A stretch of DNA of 64,000 nucleotides from Octopus vulgaris (Eukaryota), in the NCBI GenBank assembly GCA_951406725.2, contig OX597815.1:94674001-94738000 (forward strand). The letters run 5' to 3'. Below the pieces are notes generated by a model. The model was not told the origin of the DNA, made no database searches, and saw nothing but the letters and a program-made list of their open reading frames with translations. The position numbers and the translations under genes are program-made. Of the stretch, positions 29,669-43,236 are shown one piece after another; position 1 is the first letter of the stretch; every line of letters starts with the position of its first letter.

Positions 29669-29759
29669 GGATAGATAGTTACTTTTACTTATCAGTAAAA
29701 GTAACTGTATGGGCCAGTACCATTAAAGTGATTATTAGGTTAATAATTTATTTCAACTC

Positions 29760-31120
29760 ATTTCCCCAGCTCTCTCTCCGGACTTGATTCTGGTGAAGCA
29801 ATGAGTTGCCCAAATCTGCCCTTATTAGCGTTTCTTGCCGTGGTGTGGGTCAATGCAGTATCTTAGAAACAATTGCTTAAATGCTCTCAGAATACACTAC
29901 CATCTACGCTTTCTAGATTTCTAAGATTTTTTTACGTGCTCTGGAAACTGAAGCTGCTAAGCTATTGAGTCCTTACACTAGGTGAAAAGCTTGGGATCTA
30001 TGCAGTGGTATAGCTTTCAATACTAAGGTTAAGTGCTAGACTCTCGAGCTCTATCAGTAGTTCGACGTTATGTGGCCACTGTATGTGGAAGCAGTATTCC
30101 AGTTGACTAAGATTCTTCTCCATAAAGTAATCATGATTACTTTTTTCCTTGTTCTGAATGATTTCAGAATCCAATCGGTCAGTCGCCTATCCATTGTTGC
30201 TATTTTAATAACTTACACCCGAAATGATATATCATTACTCATGTGGATTGCCGAATAATGTACCGATTGTGAGTCCTGTATATTCTGATGGGGATCTGTT
30301 TGTAGTTCGACAGCTGAGCACTCGAATTTTTTTTTAGCATTGAACTATATGTTATTTTCTTCATTAACTTGGTTACAGAAAGCCTTGAAATCTTTATTCT
30401 TCGTCTCACATGGACTCTCCTATTTCGAAGAATAATGTTTTGGTGTATATTGTCTCTTCTCACTGGGATGAATTTAATGTATATGTCTTGAATTATTAAT
30501 ATAAATTCTATGAATTTCACGTCATTGTTTTGCACAGAGAAACTACTGGACCAATTTTATGTTAGTATTTTTTTCTTAACCGATTTCTAATCAACCTCAT
30601 AGATGTTCAGGCTGGCTTGGGTTTAGATGCCTTCTGTGCGTACACGTCTTTATTTAGGTTTGGTTCATACATTGTTAGTTCAGTTATGCTGTGGTATGAG
30701 GGAATCGTAAGCGACATCTTCACGTTCTAGATAATTTGGAAGTTATTGGTGAAGCAGTGATCTAAAATGTTGTTCCTGGTTCGGAAGCGTATTATTTGTT
30801 GCTTGAACATCATTTAAGTGAGACCAATAGAGATTCTGTTTGACGCTGTTCTTTATATGAAATTTCCGAGATTATGTTACCTTCGAGCCAGTCAATCTGG
30901 GGAAGATGAAATCGCACAACATATGTACGTGACTGTGTTGACCGAGATTCGTTAGTACTTCTTTTATTGATAAGTCTTTCCTCAAATTTACCATCGTATT
31001 TTGAGGCTTCATATGAACGATACACTGAACGAGTTTCAATGTGACAACATGGATTGTTGTGTGACTTCTTCCCGGACGTACATAGAAACTCAACCGTGAT
31101 TTATTTTCTGTCGGCACGAA
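29760..31120 (-). mobile_element. Decayed, internally deleted CR1-clade LINE ORF2
   Basis: APE endonuclease motifs at about 30700-30930: CDF/LPQIDW...TRNNILDHCFTNN..NV...SYH (GDFN.P.IDW, PTR..NILDL.FTN, SDH). CR1-type C-terminus KNLRNL...RA..NSLLHQ at about 29780-29960. Confidence 0.62.
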
Positions 31121-32432
31121 ACAACAGACTTAGATATGTGTAACTGTGTTGATTTACATATGCAGAGAAATGCTTTCAGTAATTTAATACCCAAGAGAAA
31201 GAACACTCAGGTCTGAAATTTTGTCTGAATTGTCTAGCTACAACAGGCTTCTGATATACAATGAGAGAACTGGCATGTTGATTCGTTTGGCCGCAAAGGT
31301 GGTCATAGTGGGCCTATTAGTTGTGGTGGCCTAGTGTGTGGCTGTGCATAGCTTTAGCTCAATTTCGTTTGTAACTATATATATATATACACATCTGCAT
31401 GGATATATGTGTACATATATATATGTATGTATGTATACACACACACATACACACACACACACACACACACTGTATATATATATAGAGAGAGACACACATC
31501 TACATGTATATGTGTATATATATGTATGTATACACACGCACACACACACATACACACACATATACGTATAACATATACAGCTTTATATTCACACAGTTCA
31601 AAACACTTATATACATATGCATACATTCTACTATACACATAATATACTCATGATATTTTTCTCTTTCACACTCTGCTCTGTTCTTTTACATTTGTATATA
31701 ATCGTTATTCATTTATTTTTATTTTCTCCACATATTTCTATCGTATTTCTCCTTTTATATTTTCAATTTACTCTCTTCCATTTCCAGGCCTCTTTATACT
31801 TTCAGCTGTTGTTATTTATTTTCTTTTCGTTTACTTCTAAAGTACAATTACCATAGGAATGTAGTTTTGAAATTCTTGATTCCATCTCTGCTTTGCCCGA
31901 ATATTAATTGTATTGCTGAAGATTATCATTTTGGGAATATAAATGGCATTAATATACAGCAATCAATCTCAATGACTTTCCAATCTTATTTCATTTAATT
32001 TGATTTCTAACATTAGAGAGCACTTGCCACTCTAACTACGTGGTCGTGGTGTCGGCTTCAGAGAATTCTTGTCGAAATAATTGTAAGTGTAAACTGACGA
32101 TAGAATGGAAGATGAAGGAGAAAGATGGATGTAAGAAGGTGGCGAAGGATAACAAAAACAATCACAAGAACAAATATAACAAAACAACATGAAAATATCC
32201 ACACTGGAGCATCAACTCGATATATAAATATATAAGTATAAAAATAGATAAATGTATGCGTAGCATCAGAAGTTAACAGGAAAGAAAAAGAGAAAGACGA
32301 AGATAGAGCAATATAGAGAGGCAGAAAGCAAAAAATAGAGTGCTCGAGACATAATTCTAGAATTATACATCGCGAGAACTGAGATTTAGAGAGTGGAACG
32401 AAAATGAACGTGCATAATAGAGTGTGAGAGGT

Positions 32433-33130
<698 letters not shown>

Positions 33131-33763
33131 ATGAAAATACGTTTGTGAAAAAAAAAACCGGGAAGCAATGACGATAGAATGGATGGCGAAGGAGAAAATG
33201 AGAAAAAAAAACATAAAATAGAATGTAAAAATGAAAAAAAAGATGAATGTATTGAAATAGAATAATTTTTAGCTTTTAGTTTTTAGTTTTGCTGATTTTA
33301 TGTATATAGAATATAGTCAGCTAAGAATTATTGAGAAATTAATAATTGCTTCTCACCATTTATATTAAACTCTGTCAAATACTTTTTGGCACATTTTTCT
33401 ACATCAGTTTCCTAAAATGACTATACCATAATTATTTCTGAAGGAAGAACAATAAAAACAATAACCACAAAACTTACTTGAACATATAAAGAACTAATTT
33501 AGTCACACCGTCTAACAAAAATTTATATACATATATTTATTTTAAAAAATGTAAGTTGAGTGACATCATGTAAACCGGTGACGTGAAACGAGTTCGATTT
33601 ACGATTGCAAACACTTCACTTTGGAATATGTATTGAAAATTTTGTCAGTAACTCTATTTGATTCGTAATTATGTAGAATCTAGAGATTCTAACTTTTAAT
33701 GTCTCCTGTTTTGTGGAGAAATGTGCATCTCTTAATAGATAACACAATATATTTAGTCTAAAT

Positions 33764-33975
33764 GCGGCGAGCTGGCAGAAACGTTAGTGCGCCGGACGAA
33801 ATGCTTAGCGTTATTTCGCCTGTCTTTACCTTCTGAGTTCAAATTCCGCCGAGGTTTACTTTGCTTTTCATCCTTTCGGGGTCGATAAATGAACCAGTTG
33901 CATACTGAGGTCGATCTAATCGACTCGCCTCCTCCACCAAAATTTTCGGCCTTGTGCTTAGAGTAGAAAAGAATA
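33764..33975 (+). mobile_element. SINE family A, well-preserved copy
   Basis: gcggcgagctggcagaaacgttag (A-box region), gagttcaaattcc (B-box), central gcttttcatcctttcggggtcgataaat resembling the Meta/MESC SINE core, 3' ccttgtgc. Confidence 0.92.
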
Positions 33976-34869
33976 TATTCATTCATAAAACGATAAGGTA
34001 TACCTTCTAGGAAATTCAGTTGTCCTTGCATGTATAATAGAGTGGTTAAAGAGTTCGCTTTGTAATGAAATAGTTTTGCGTTACGCCCTCGGAGAGTCTG
34101 GCTTTAAACAACAGCATCAACGACAACCATCACCTTTACCAGGAAGCCATCATAGTCATGGCCGTTAAAAATGTCCTCATCTTCCTGTAATTTTGCTGAA
34201 TGCGCATGTGTTCTTAGAATGAATACAATACATTTGATATAACACAGACAAAGATAAGTGTAATATCTTAGTACTTGATAACAAGACCGATTTTACTCTC
34301 ACTATGGTTTAAATATTTAATCTTTATGGAAGGTTTAGCGAAGTTTCTTACAGTTTGTATATTTGGACGAATGCTTGCTCAGATCTTTAATCTATAGACT
34401 TGCTAACAGAGCTGAATATATTTATATTAGGCGTATTAATCTGTCAATACAATGCTAAGTTAAGGTGAATATATTTGATAATATGATGTACATTAAAAGT
34501 ACTGATTAAAGATAATTTGAATAATCACAGCAAATACACAAAACAAGTCTGGACATGCATTCATCTTCTTAGACCTCCTCACCACAGCTTGTATTCTACT
34601 GTACTTGCCGAATTTGTAGTGAGAGAATAACTAAGTATGTGATATACAATATTCTCGAAGAAGAAACTGCGAAAATCTAAATATTTTATTCTATTAAATA
34701 TGTAATATTATGTAATATTAACAAGAACTGCTGTGTTTTATGGAAATGGTGTATTTGAGGAATTTTTATGATGTATTGTCATTACCTGCCTGACAATAAT
34801 GAGTTCCACTATTGACACAAGGCATACGATTTGAAGGAAGGATACAGACAACATTATCGACTCATAATC

Positions 34870-35424
34870 CTTTCTGCTATAGACACAAGGCCTGAAATTT
34901 TGTCGGAGGGTAATAGTCAATTACATCTACTCCAGCGTTTCACTGGTAATTAATTTACCGACCCCGAAAGGATAAAAGGCAAAGCCGACCTCGGCGGAAT
35001 TTAAACTCAGTACATACAGGCAGACGAAATATCTATTTCTTTACTAACCACAAGCGATGACAAACAAAGACAGTCAAACGGATTACGTCGATTATATCGA
35101 CCCCAGTGCGTAACTGGTACTTATTTAATAGACCCCGAAAGGATGAAAGGCAATTTGAACTCAGAACGTATCGGCAGACGAAATACATATTTCTATTTCT
35201 TTAATACCCACAAGGGGCTAAACACAGAAGGGACAAACAAGGACAGACAAACGGATTAAGTCGATTTCATCGACCCCAGTGCGTAACTGGTGCTTAATTT
35301 ATCGACCCCGAAAGGATAAAAGGCAAAGTCGACCTCGACGAAATTTGAACTCAGGATGCAGTGGCGGACGAAATACCACAAAGCATTTCAACCGGCGTGC
35401 TAACGTTTCTGCCAGCTCGCCGCC
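34870..35424 (-). mobile_element. SINE family A multimer (three stacked core units)
   Basis: Repeated gaccccgaaaggat.aaaggcaa / aactcag / cagacgaaata units; head at 35400-35424. Confidence 0.88.
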
Positions 35425-36592
35425 GATTCATAATAATGACACTTTGCTTACACTTATTTTATCAAGTATAAAATACAAATTCAATCTTAATATTTTACTC
35501 AGACAACAATAGAATCTAAAACAATCCTCTGAAAATTTCTTTATGTTCATGATTTTCACCATTTTTGTTTTTACACTATCTCTATTATTCTGGTTGAGAG
35601 ATTTAATTTAAGCATTTCTGTCACTCTTTACTCTAAACAAAACTGTCCACCACAGGTTTTTCAGTTTACCTGTGAAACGTACATTTAACTGGTACCAGTC
35701 ATGTACTGGCGTCTATTTTGATTATATTTTAGGAAATTATTATCTCAAAGGGGTGAGTTTTCCGTGACTGTACTGAAGTACTATTGCATCGATATAAGAC
35801 GCCAACAGTAATGCAAGAAAAATTAATGAGTATGCACATTCTCAGAGCTGAGGGTTGGAGATCTCATTGATAAAGAAAAAAAGGAAGAGTAACCCTAGTT
35901 TTGGTCCCTTGACTATCTAGCGCGCAGATTCGTGTCCGTCGTGCTGGAAGATCACTGAAAGTAAGGTAACCCCTAGCTTTAGCTAAAGCATGCTTCCACA
36001 CTTGCATTGGAATTAAGCAGGTGATCTAGACTAGTCAGCTTCAAAATGTGTCCACACTAGGAGCCGGATATAAACCGAGTATGAACTCTCTCTATCAGTG
36101 AGAAACTGTAGAGAGGGTACGTCAGTTCTGATGGTAAATCGGGGTCGTAGGAAAAGTCGATGATGGGCGCTACCAATACATGCAAAGACGTCACGGTAAA
36201 TTTTATAGCTCAATCCAAGCGTACCGATGGGGCTTTTATCTATTAGATGATAGCTGAAGTATATTGTAGTTTAAAATATTTGAACTGTATTATGAAGATA
36301 GTGATTATCGATATCACTCAACGTTTATTAAATATCGATCTGTTGAACTAAAAAAATACTAAAAGAAAATCATATTTACTTAGTTCAGAAAATCGATCCC
36401 TTCACAATATAGTAGCACAAGATGCGAAGAATATGACACAATAAATTTATTGATTTCTAATATTAGCACCACTCCACAAATTTTGGGAGACGGCGTTCCT
36501 GATTAAATTCATCCCGTATTTGACTGGCAGTTTATGTTATCAGCCTTGAATGAAGGAAAAGTAATGTTAATATTTTCGCTTATCGTGCCAGA

Positions 36593-36660
36593 GGGTCTCC
36601 TAGCCTAATGGTTCAGAGTGCTCAGCCTTTATTTGGGAAGTTCATGGTTCGATTCTCTAG
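36593..36660 (+). other. tRNA-like Pol III head (pseudo-tRNA or SINE head)
   Basis: A-box TAGCCTAATGG and B-box GGTTCGATTC at tRNA spacing; no complete cloverleaf. Confidence 0.5.
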
Positions 36661-36667
36661 AGAAGCT

Positions 36668-37258
36668 GGCGGTGAGTTGGCAGAATCGTTAGCAGAATTT
36701 TCTAGGTTGATTAATGAGTACTAGTTTAGCACTGGGGTCGGTGTAATCGACTTATCCCCTCCTCCGAAATTTCTGGCCTTGTGCTAAAATTTGAAGCTAA
36801 TTTTTCACTTATTGCAAGGCACTGAGCTAGCAGAATCGTTGGTCGGGATAAACAGCAACATTTCGTCCGCTTTTACGTTCTTAGTTCAAATTCCAACGGA
36901 GTTGACTTTTTGATTTGCATCCTTTCGGGAGTCGATAAAATGAGTGCCAATTAAACACTGGGATCGATCGAATCTACCAAGCCTGCTCCCCCAAACCCGC
37001 TGGCTTTGTGCCAAAATTTGAAGCTAATACTTATATTTGTTTTAAGGCGGCGAGCTGGCAGAATTGTCAGCGCGTCAGACAAAATGCTTAACAGCATTTC
37101 GTCCATCTTTACGTTCTGAGTTCAAATTCCGGCGAGATCAACTTCCTCTTTTATCCTTTCGGAGTCGATAAAATAAGTACTAGTTGAACACTTGGTTGAT
37201 ATATTCGACTAAACCCGTCCCGGCAAAATCCTGGCCTGGCGCCGAAATTTGAAACCAA
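36668..37258 (+). mobile_element. Three head-to-tail SINE family A copies (about 36668-36800, 36818-37028, 37046-37258)
   Basis: Each starts ggc(g/a)..gag(c/t)t.gcagaat and ends (c)aaaatttgaa(gct/acc)aat. Confidence 0.88.
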
Positions 37259-38849
37259 TATATTTCCACTTATTGTGACAAGAACATGAGACATATTTCG
37301 GCATTTCCAGGCCTCCACAGCCAAATATATTCTTTACCGTTTATGACAAAATCTTTAAGAGTGAATTTCTTTGTAGATATACAAACTAATTTTCACGAGT
37401 GGGTGTACAATCCTCACTAGGATTTGAACTCAAACATTAAAGAACCCTAAATACAACTTGGCATTGTATTTCATATGTTAATGATTTTACTTATCCGCTG
37501 CTCTGTGATGCACTAATCATATTAGTTTTCTATTGAGGCATGCGTGTTTTGTATCACTGCAAATACAGCACATTTCTCTTTTGAGCACGATCAATTATTA
37601 CTGGTAAACTTTGCTTCAATTGAGCCCCACTTCCATATAAAATACATTATATGTTATGTAAAAGCTGTTAACGCTCCTTACTTTAGATTAATGTGACATA
37701 ACACTGTACAGCCGCTATATAAATATGTGCCAGTAAAAATGTTATAAAATTATCGTTAGGCAAATGGATGTTAGTGAAATTAATTCAATGTCTTTTATAA
37801 TAATGTCGATATATGTGTTAAAAGTGCAAATATTTATCTTTGATGTATGGAATTAACTTGGATGTAGATTGAAGAGAACAATGCAATGCAACTAAAAACA
37901 AGTTATCTTTCACTATAATTTTCTGTAAGCGTATAAAACAGCTGCTCATGAGAGCAGTTAGAATATCGGCATCAATATATGTAATATTTATAAAAATAAA
38001 AATACCCCCACAGTAAATGGGTTAATCTCACAAAAAATAATAAATTAATATTTAAACATGCAGTGAAGTGAAGCAGATGACAAAGATAAAATTGTCTTTA
38101 AAATATACACAGTGTATTATAAAATAATTAGAAGTAACGCATAAATTTCAGAGGGATATAAAATCATTTGCTACATATAATCACCGCCTTCTAGCAGTAG
38201 CTACAAATCTTGGTGTACACAGGCATTAATAAGTAAGGCGTATAGAGAGCTACTGTGATATATTGATCCTTTTTCCAATATATATGATTCTATCTGCAGA
38301 TAATAGACATTATTCTGTTTGTAGCTGGAACAAATTCTTAAGCGAAACTTTATGCTATGTCAGATCATTGAAGCACCAGTCTGAAAGAAGAAGAGACGGC
38401 GTAAAGCTTTTGATCATAGTTCTGCCGATCAGCTCTGACTTGGGATAAAAGAAGAAAACAGCAACAACAACGACGAGCCTTTTAAGTTTCTCAATCCACC
38501 AGAAAGAGCAGCCAAATCTCCATCAAAATCACACCCTATCATTTTCAATTGAGTGCCAAAACACAAGTCTGCGATACAGCATGTATGATCGCTCGATCTG
38601 TTTGACGCAAAACAACAAGAACCACACAGCTGATTCGTCTCTGCTGAAGACAAGCAGCTAAACGTTTTTGCTCCTCAATGCAAATGAATGTGTTCGATAC
38701 TCAACAAGCTCGCCATCCATCAGATTTAAAGTTGGCAACACGGACTCTTACGTGTTTCATGTGATAACGAAGTAAACCAAAAGTTGGTAGATTCGTTAAA
38801 CTTGGAACATGCTCTCGATTCTCCGAAGGATAGGAGAGTGAGAATTTCC

Positions 38850-39135
38850 TACCATTGTAGTAAGGAGTTTCGAAGCAGTTGTCCATAGTTATCGCCTTTC
38901 TCTCTGGTTTTCAAAGAGATATTCACATCAGCAGGACAGCTGACCTCTATGATGACACTTTTCCTTGTTTGTTCAAAACAACAATACTCGGCTTGTTATG
39001 CTTACTCTTAATAGATGGTTTCATGGAAAAGTTTCACCAGCATTCCTTGTGTTGATATTTGTGTACGTATTCAATAACAGGGATATTCTCTATATTTATC
39101 CCAGGACAGTCTTTTCTCTAGATGTTTTTGCGACA
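38850..39135 (-). mobile_element. R4/Dong restriction-like endonuclease fragment
   Basis: Translation KECW*NFSMKPSIKSKHNKPSIVVLNK..IIEVSCPADVNISLKTREKGDNYGQLLRN matches the HNKPD...E..CP.D.NI..K..EK...Y REL motif. Confidence 0.8.
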
Positions 39136-39691
39136 TGGTCATCAACGTACTTTCCCCGCACTGCGGGAAAGTACGTTGAATATACTATTGGGTAACTGTT
39201 CATCGCATATGTGATGTCATCCGCAGAAATATTTCATAATCTACATTTACGATTGCATCTTGGAACTCCAAAGGCTTTAGTGTATCTCTTGTTTATTAGG
39301 TATTTAATAGCAATCTCTTATTCGTGGATTGTAAATGCATACCTTCGCAGTGTGATGTAGCGATCAGAATTCCAAGAGAGGTTGTATGTATGTATAGTGG
39401 CATGTCGCCAAGTTGAGCTAACGTGAGAAATTTGTGTGTTTAAATATTGGAGCGTTAAGTGGGTCTTCGAGGAATCCTTGATCAAGGCACGTCATTCCAC
39501 TTTGCTTGAATATACTCGCCTGAAACGCGTACTAGCCGACGATCCCTGGTGCTTCCCTCACACCTTTCAATGATGTTCCGGTGAGATCGAATGAAAGGAG
39601 GTTCAAGAATGTATTTGCGTCTGTTAGCTGCAATATACGCATCTAAATCAATTAGAGTACAGAAATCGCGGCACAAGTTACCAGGGAGACC

Positions 39692-39942
<251 letters not shown>

Positions 39943-40026
39943 TTGTCTCTGTCTGTTTGTCCGTCCGTTTATCTATCTATCTGTCTGCCTGTCAGTCTGA
40001 GTAGGTGTTTTATGTATTTGTATATG

Positions 40027-40069
<43 letters not shown>

Positions 40070-40214
40070 TGTACATTTAAACATATAGGAGGTAGGTATC
40101 CGTCATAGGATTCCTTTCACGCTAGAAGGAACAGCTAAAGTTCAAACCACTATTAGGGATAAAAACTAGAAGGGAATGAAAAAAAAAGAACCTCACACAC
40201 ACACACACACACTC

Positions 40215-40246
<32 letters not shown>

Positions 40247-40279
40247 GTTTAAGAGAGTTCAATTATACAATCAGTGACA

Positions 40280-40400
40280 GAGAAAGAGAGAGGGGTGGGA
40301 GAGAGGGAGAGAGAGGGAGAGAGAGAGGAGTAAGAGATTGCAATACTATATTTAAAAGCAGATGCAGAGAGAAAGAAACATAGAGTTAGTGTATATGTGA

Positions 40401-40452
<52 letters not shown>
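40280..40452. repeat. GA-rich / (GA)n tracts
   Basis: Direct tandem repeat. Confidence 0.9.
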
Positions 40453-40456
<4 letters not shown>

Positions 40457-41052
40457 AAGAGGGAGAGATTAATTATAAAATGAGCATATTAAGGTCGGCG
40501 TCGACGGATTGTCGTCCAGTGTAATCGAATTACATTATCAAGAATGTTTGCAGCGTCATAAAAAAGTGACGCTTTAAAAGTTGTCTGCAATTTTAACGAC
40601 GAAAGAAATGTTTGAATCTGGAAAATGGGAGACATTCTGTGCAGCAATATTTATCTGTTAACCAAGTAGTACATTAGGCAGCATTGGAATAAAACATGAT
40701 GTAGATCATGTATCAAAAGATTTATGTGATTACTTGAAAGGCACATATATATTACATACAAACATGCATACACCCTCTCACTCACACACAAACATGTATA
40801 CACACTCTCACTCACACACAAACACACACATACATATGGGGAAAGTGAGAGGGAGAGAAAGAGAGAGAAAGAGAGAGAGAAAGAAAAAGAGATATCCAGT
40901 GAAAACTTATAGGTATGTTGTTGCTCTGCAACATGTTTTACGTAGGACAAAAGCTTTTTTTGGTATTGGCCAACTCGTCTCTCTTTTTTTTCCGTACCAT
41001 ATATCCAACATAGTTACATGTCATTTAAAAATTTCTCGAGTTTATAATTTAA

Positions 41053-41275
41053 CCCTTTAACATTCAAAGCGGCCATATCCGATTCAAATATTGTACCACC
41101 AGCTTTATGCTGAAACCAGCCAAGTCAATTCTCTCACATCTACTTAATAATGTTATTTCAAAAGTAAACAGCCGCATCATTGATAACCCGAAGCTATGAG
41201 AGAATGCCTGATTACTTCAAAGTAATGTGAATAAATAAGCATTAAATTTGAGTGAGTAATCTGAATGCTAAAGGA
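41053..41275. mobile_element. piggyBac-like MITE with TTAA target-site duplication
   Basis: TTAA|CCCTTTAACATTCA ... TGAATGCTAAAGGA|TTAA: 14-bp TIRs with 2 mismatches, TTAA on both sides, no ORF, 223 bp. Confidence 0.85.
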
Positions 41276-41504
41276 TTAAGTGAAATTTGATTTGACTGTT
41301 AGTTCTAGCAGAACAGGCGACCATAGTGTCACAATTTAAAGCTCATACTCTCAAAACAATTTTCCAGTTATTTGATGTTGTTAGATAATTCTTCAAAGTT
41401 CCCTCTTCATAATGTTGTGAGGTAGAGTTGGGTTAGATTAACACTAAAAGGAATCTCAAATTGATTACAAACTGTCATCAGAGACGTGCGATATTTTCTC
41501 ATAG

Positions 41505-41703
41505 GGCATGTGCGCGGGCGGTGGCTGGAGGTAGAAGCAGCCCAGCTGTTCTTCATAGTCTCCGTTCTTTCATACTGTTCAATAATAGTTGTCATTAATG
41601 CCACTCCGGTTCGGCTAACGCGTCTTGTACAAGAAAAGAACATGGAGATTCATCGGTGGGGTGGCTTGATTCTGAGTAAAAATGGCTTAACGCCTAACGC
41701 AAG
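41505..41703 (+). CDS. Probable host-gene exon near the N-terminus of a secreted or membrane protein (unidentified)
   Basis: Acceptor atattttctcatAG|, donor AAG|GTAAGT, higher GC than the flanks, only one frame open: HVRGRWLEVEAAQLFFIVSVLSYCSIIVVINATPVRLTRLVQEKNMEIHRWGGLILSKNGLTPNA with a signal-peptide-like hydrophobic run. Confidence 0.6.
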
Positions 41704-41823
41704 GTAAGTTGTTATTCTGATGTAGTGGACCTCTTGTACCTTCAATCCTACATATTCGAAGGCTCGAGGCGAAGAGGAGCACTACAAGAATCATATGTAC
41801 ATATATAGGAGTACTACAAGTAT

Positions 41824-41825
<2 letters not shown>

Positions 41826-41920
<95 letters not shown>
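41826..41920. repeat. (TA)n-(GA)n microsatellite
   Basis: Direct tandem repeat. Confidence 0.96.
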
Positions 41921-42719
41921 GAAAGAGAGAGAAAGGGAGAGGGAAAGGTAAAAAGTTAGAAAAACGCACCTAGACTGAAGACGTATATTTACACGGAGTA
42001 CAAAATACAGATTACAAAATAACGAAAAGAAAGAAAACAAAACAGAAGTATTATGTAAAGTATTATCTTGAAACCTGTTTCAAGAGACCCAAAACTTATG
42101 TAGAAATCACATTTATACGCCATATGCACGTCATGTCATTGGTGTATGTCCTGCGAGATACACACACACACACACACACACAGCACACACAAAATTGAAG
42201 CACTAATGTGCAACAAGCAACCATAACAGGCTGACCCAAATTGCATTTCAGCATCAGCTGAAGATGTGTTTGATGATTGTTTTAATATATTGCAGTTATT
42301 TATTATTGATTATAAACTATTAGATCAATGGTCATTAATTAACTGAAATTCCAACCATTTTTGTCCTGTTATTCTTTAACCTGTATGTTACTCTGTAGAC
42401 TACGTAAGTAACCTTTATACACATTGCTACTCCACTTGATAGCAGCATATTGCTGTAGGAGTCTAACGCTGCAAGTATTAATACACACACATACACAAAC
42501 TTATATACATTAGGGCCATATATACACACACACACATACATACATACATGCATACATACATACATACATATAAGTGCACATATAAATATTATTATAATAG
42601 TAGTGATAATAACAGCATTGCCAACAATGGTGATGTGATTGAATAACTCATATAATAATAGTAATAAAACAATAATGTTAATAATTATAGTAGTAAGAAA
42701 CACCAACATAATCTACAAC

Positions 42720-43193
42720 ACCGATGCATTACAAGGCAGTGGCTCTCATGACTTCTGATCATAACTGATTGGAAGTGTTATTATGTACATGGTTTTCCTT
42801 GATATAAAAGATGGGTTACAGCAAATATTCTGTTCGGTACCACAGATTTGTTCTCAGTTGCTTGACCTTAAACAGTTAAGCATGTCTTTATTGACTGATG
42901 ATATGTGTATCTCTTATCACGAACAGGACTAGTGGAGGAGCATCATAGCCATGGGGTGAGTGGACTTCTTTGAGCGGGATAGACTACTTGATGAGAAGAA
43001 AATTTCTAACTGGGCGCCACTTGCAAAGTCATGCGTCATTTATCTTGATATGAGATCAGAATGTCATGCATATATGATTGTGATGCATGTACCTGGCGTA
43101 CCCTTATCAGATTGGTAGTCATGACGGGTATATTGGCCTTCGTATATTTGTGCCATCTATGTCACTTTGATGGTACTCATTACTCTCTCGTTC

Positions 43194-43221
<28 letters not shown>
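42720..43221 (+). mobile_element. Non-coding retroelement 3' region ending in a (TAA)n tail, probably an RTE-type LINE 3'UTR
   Basis: Non-simple sequence ending ...ctctctcgttc(AAT)n; resembles a common octopus repeat (from memory). Confidence 0.55.
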
Positions 43222-43225
<4 letters not shown>

Positions 43226-43236
43226 CATATGCATTC

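Noticed and set aside
36593-36660. Functional tRNA gene
   Set aside because: A and B boxes are present but the acceptor and anticodon stems do not pair.
34870-37258. CRISPR-like repeated units
   Set aside because: Eukaryotic SINE multimers with irregular spacing and no cas genes.
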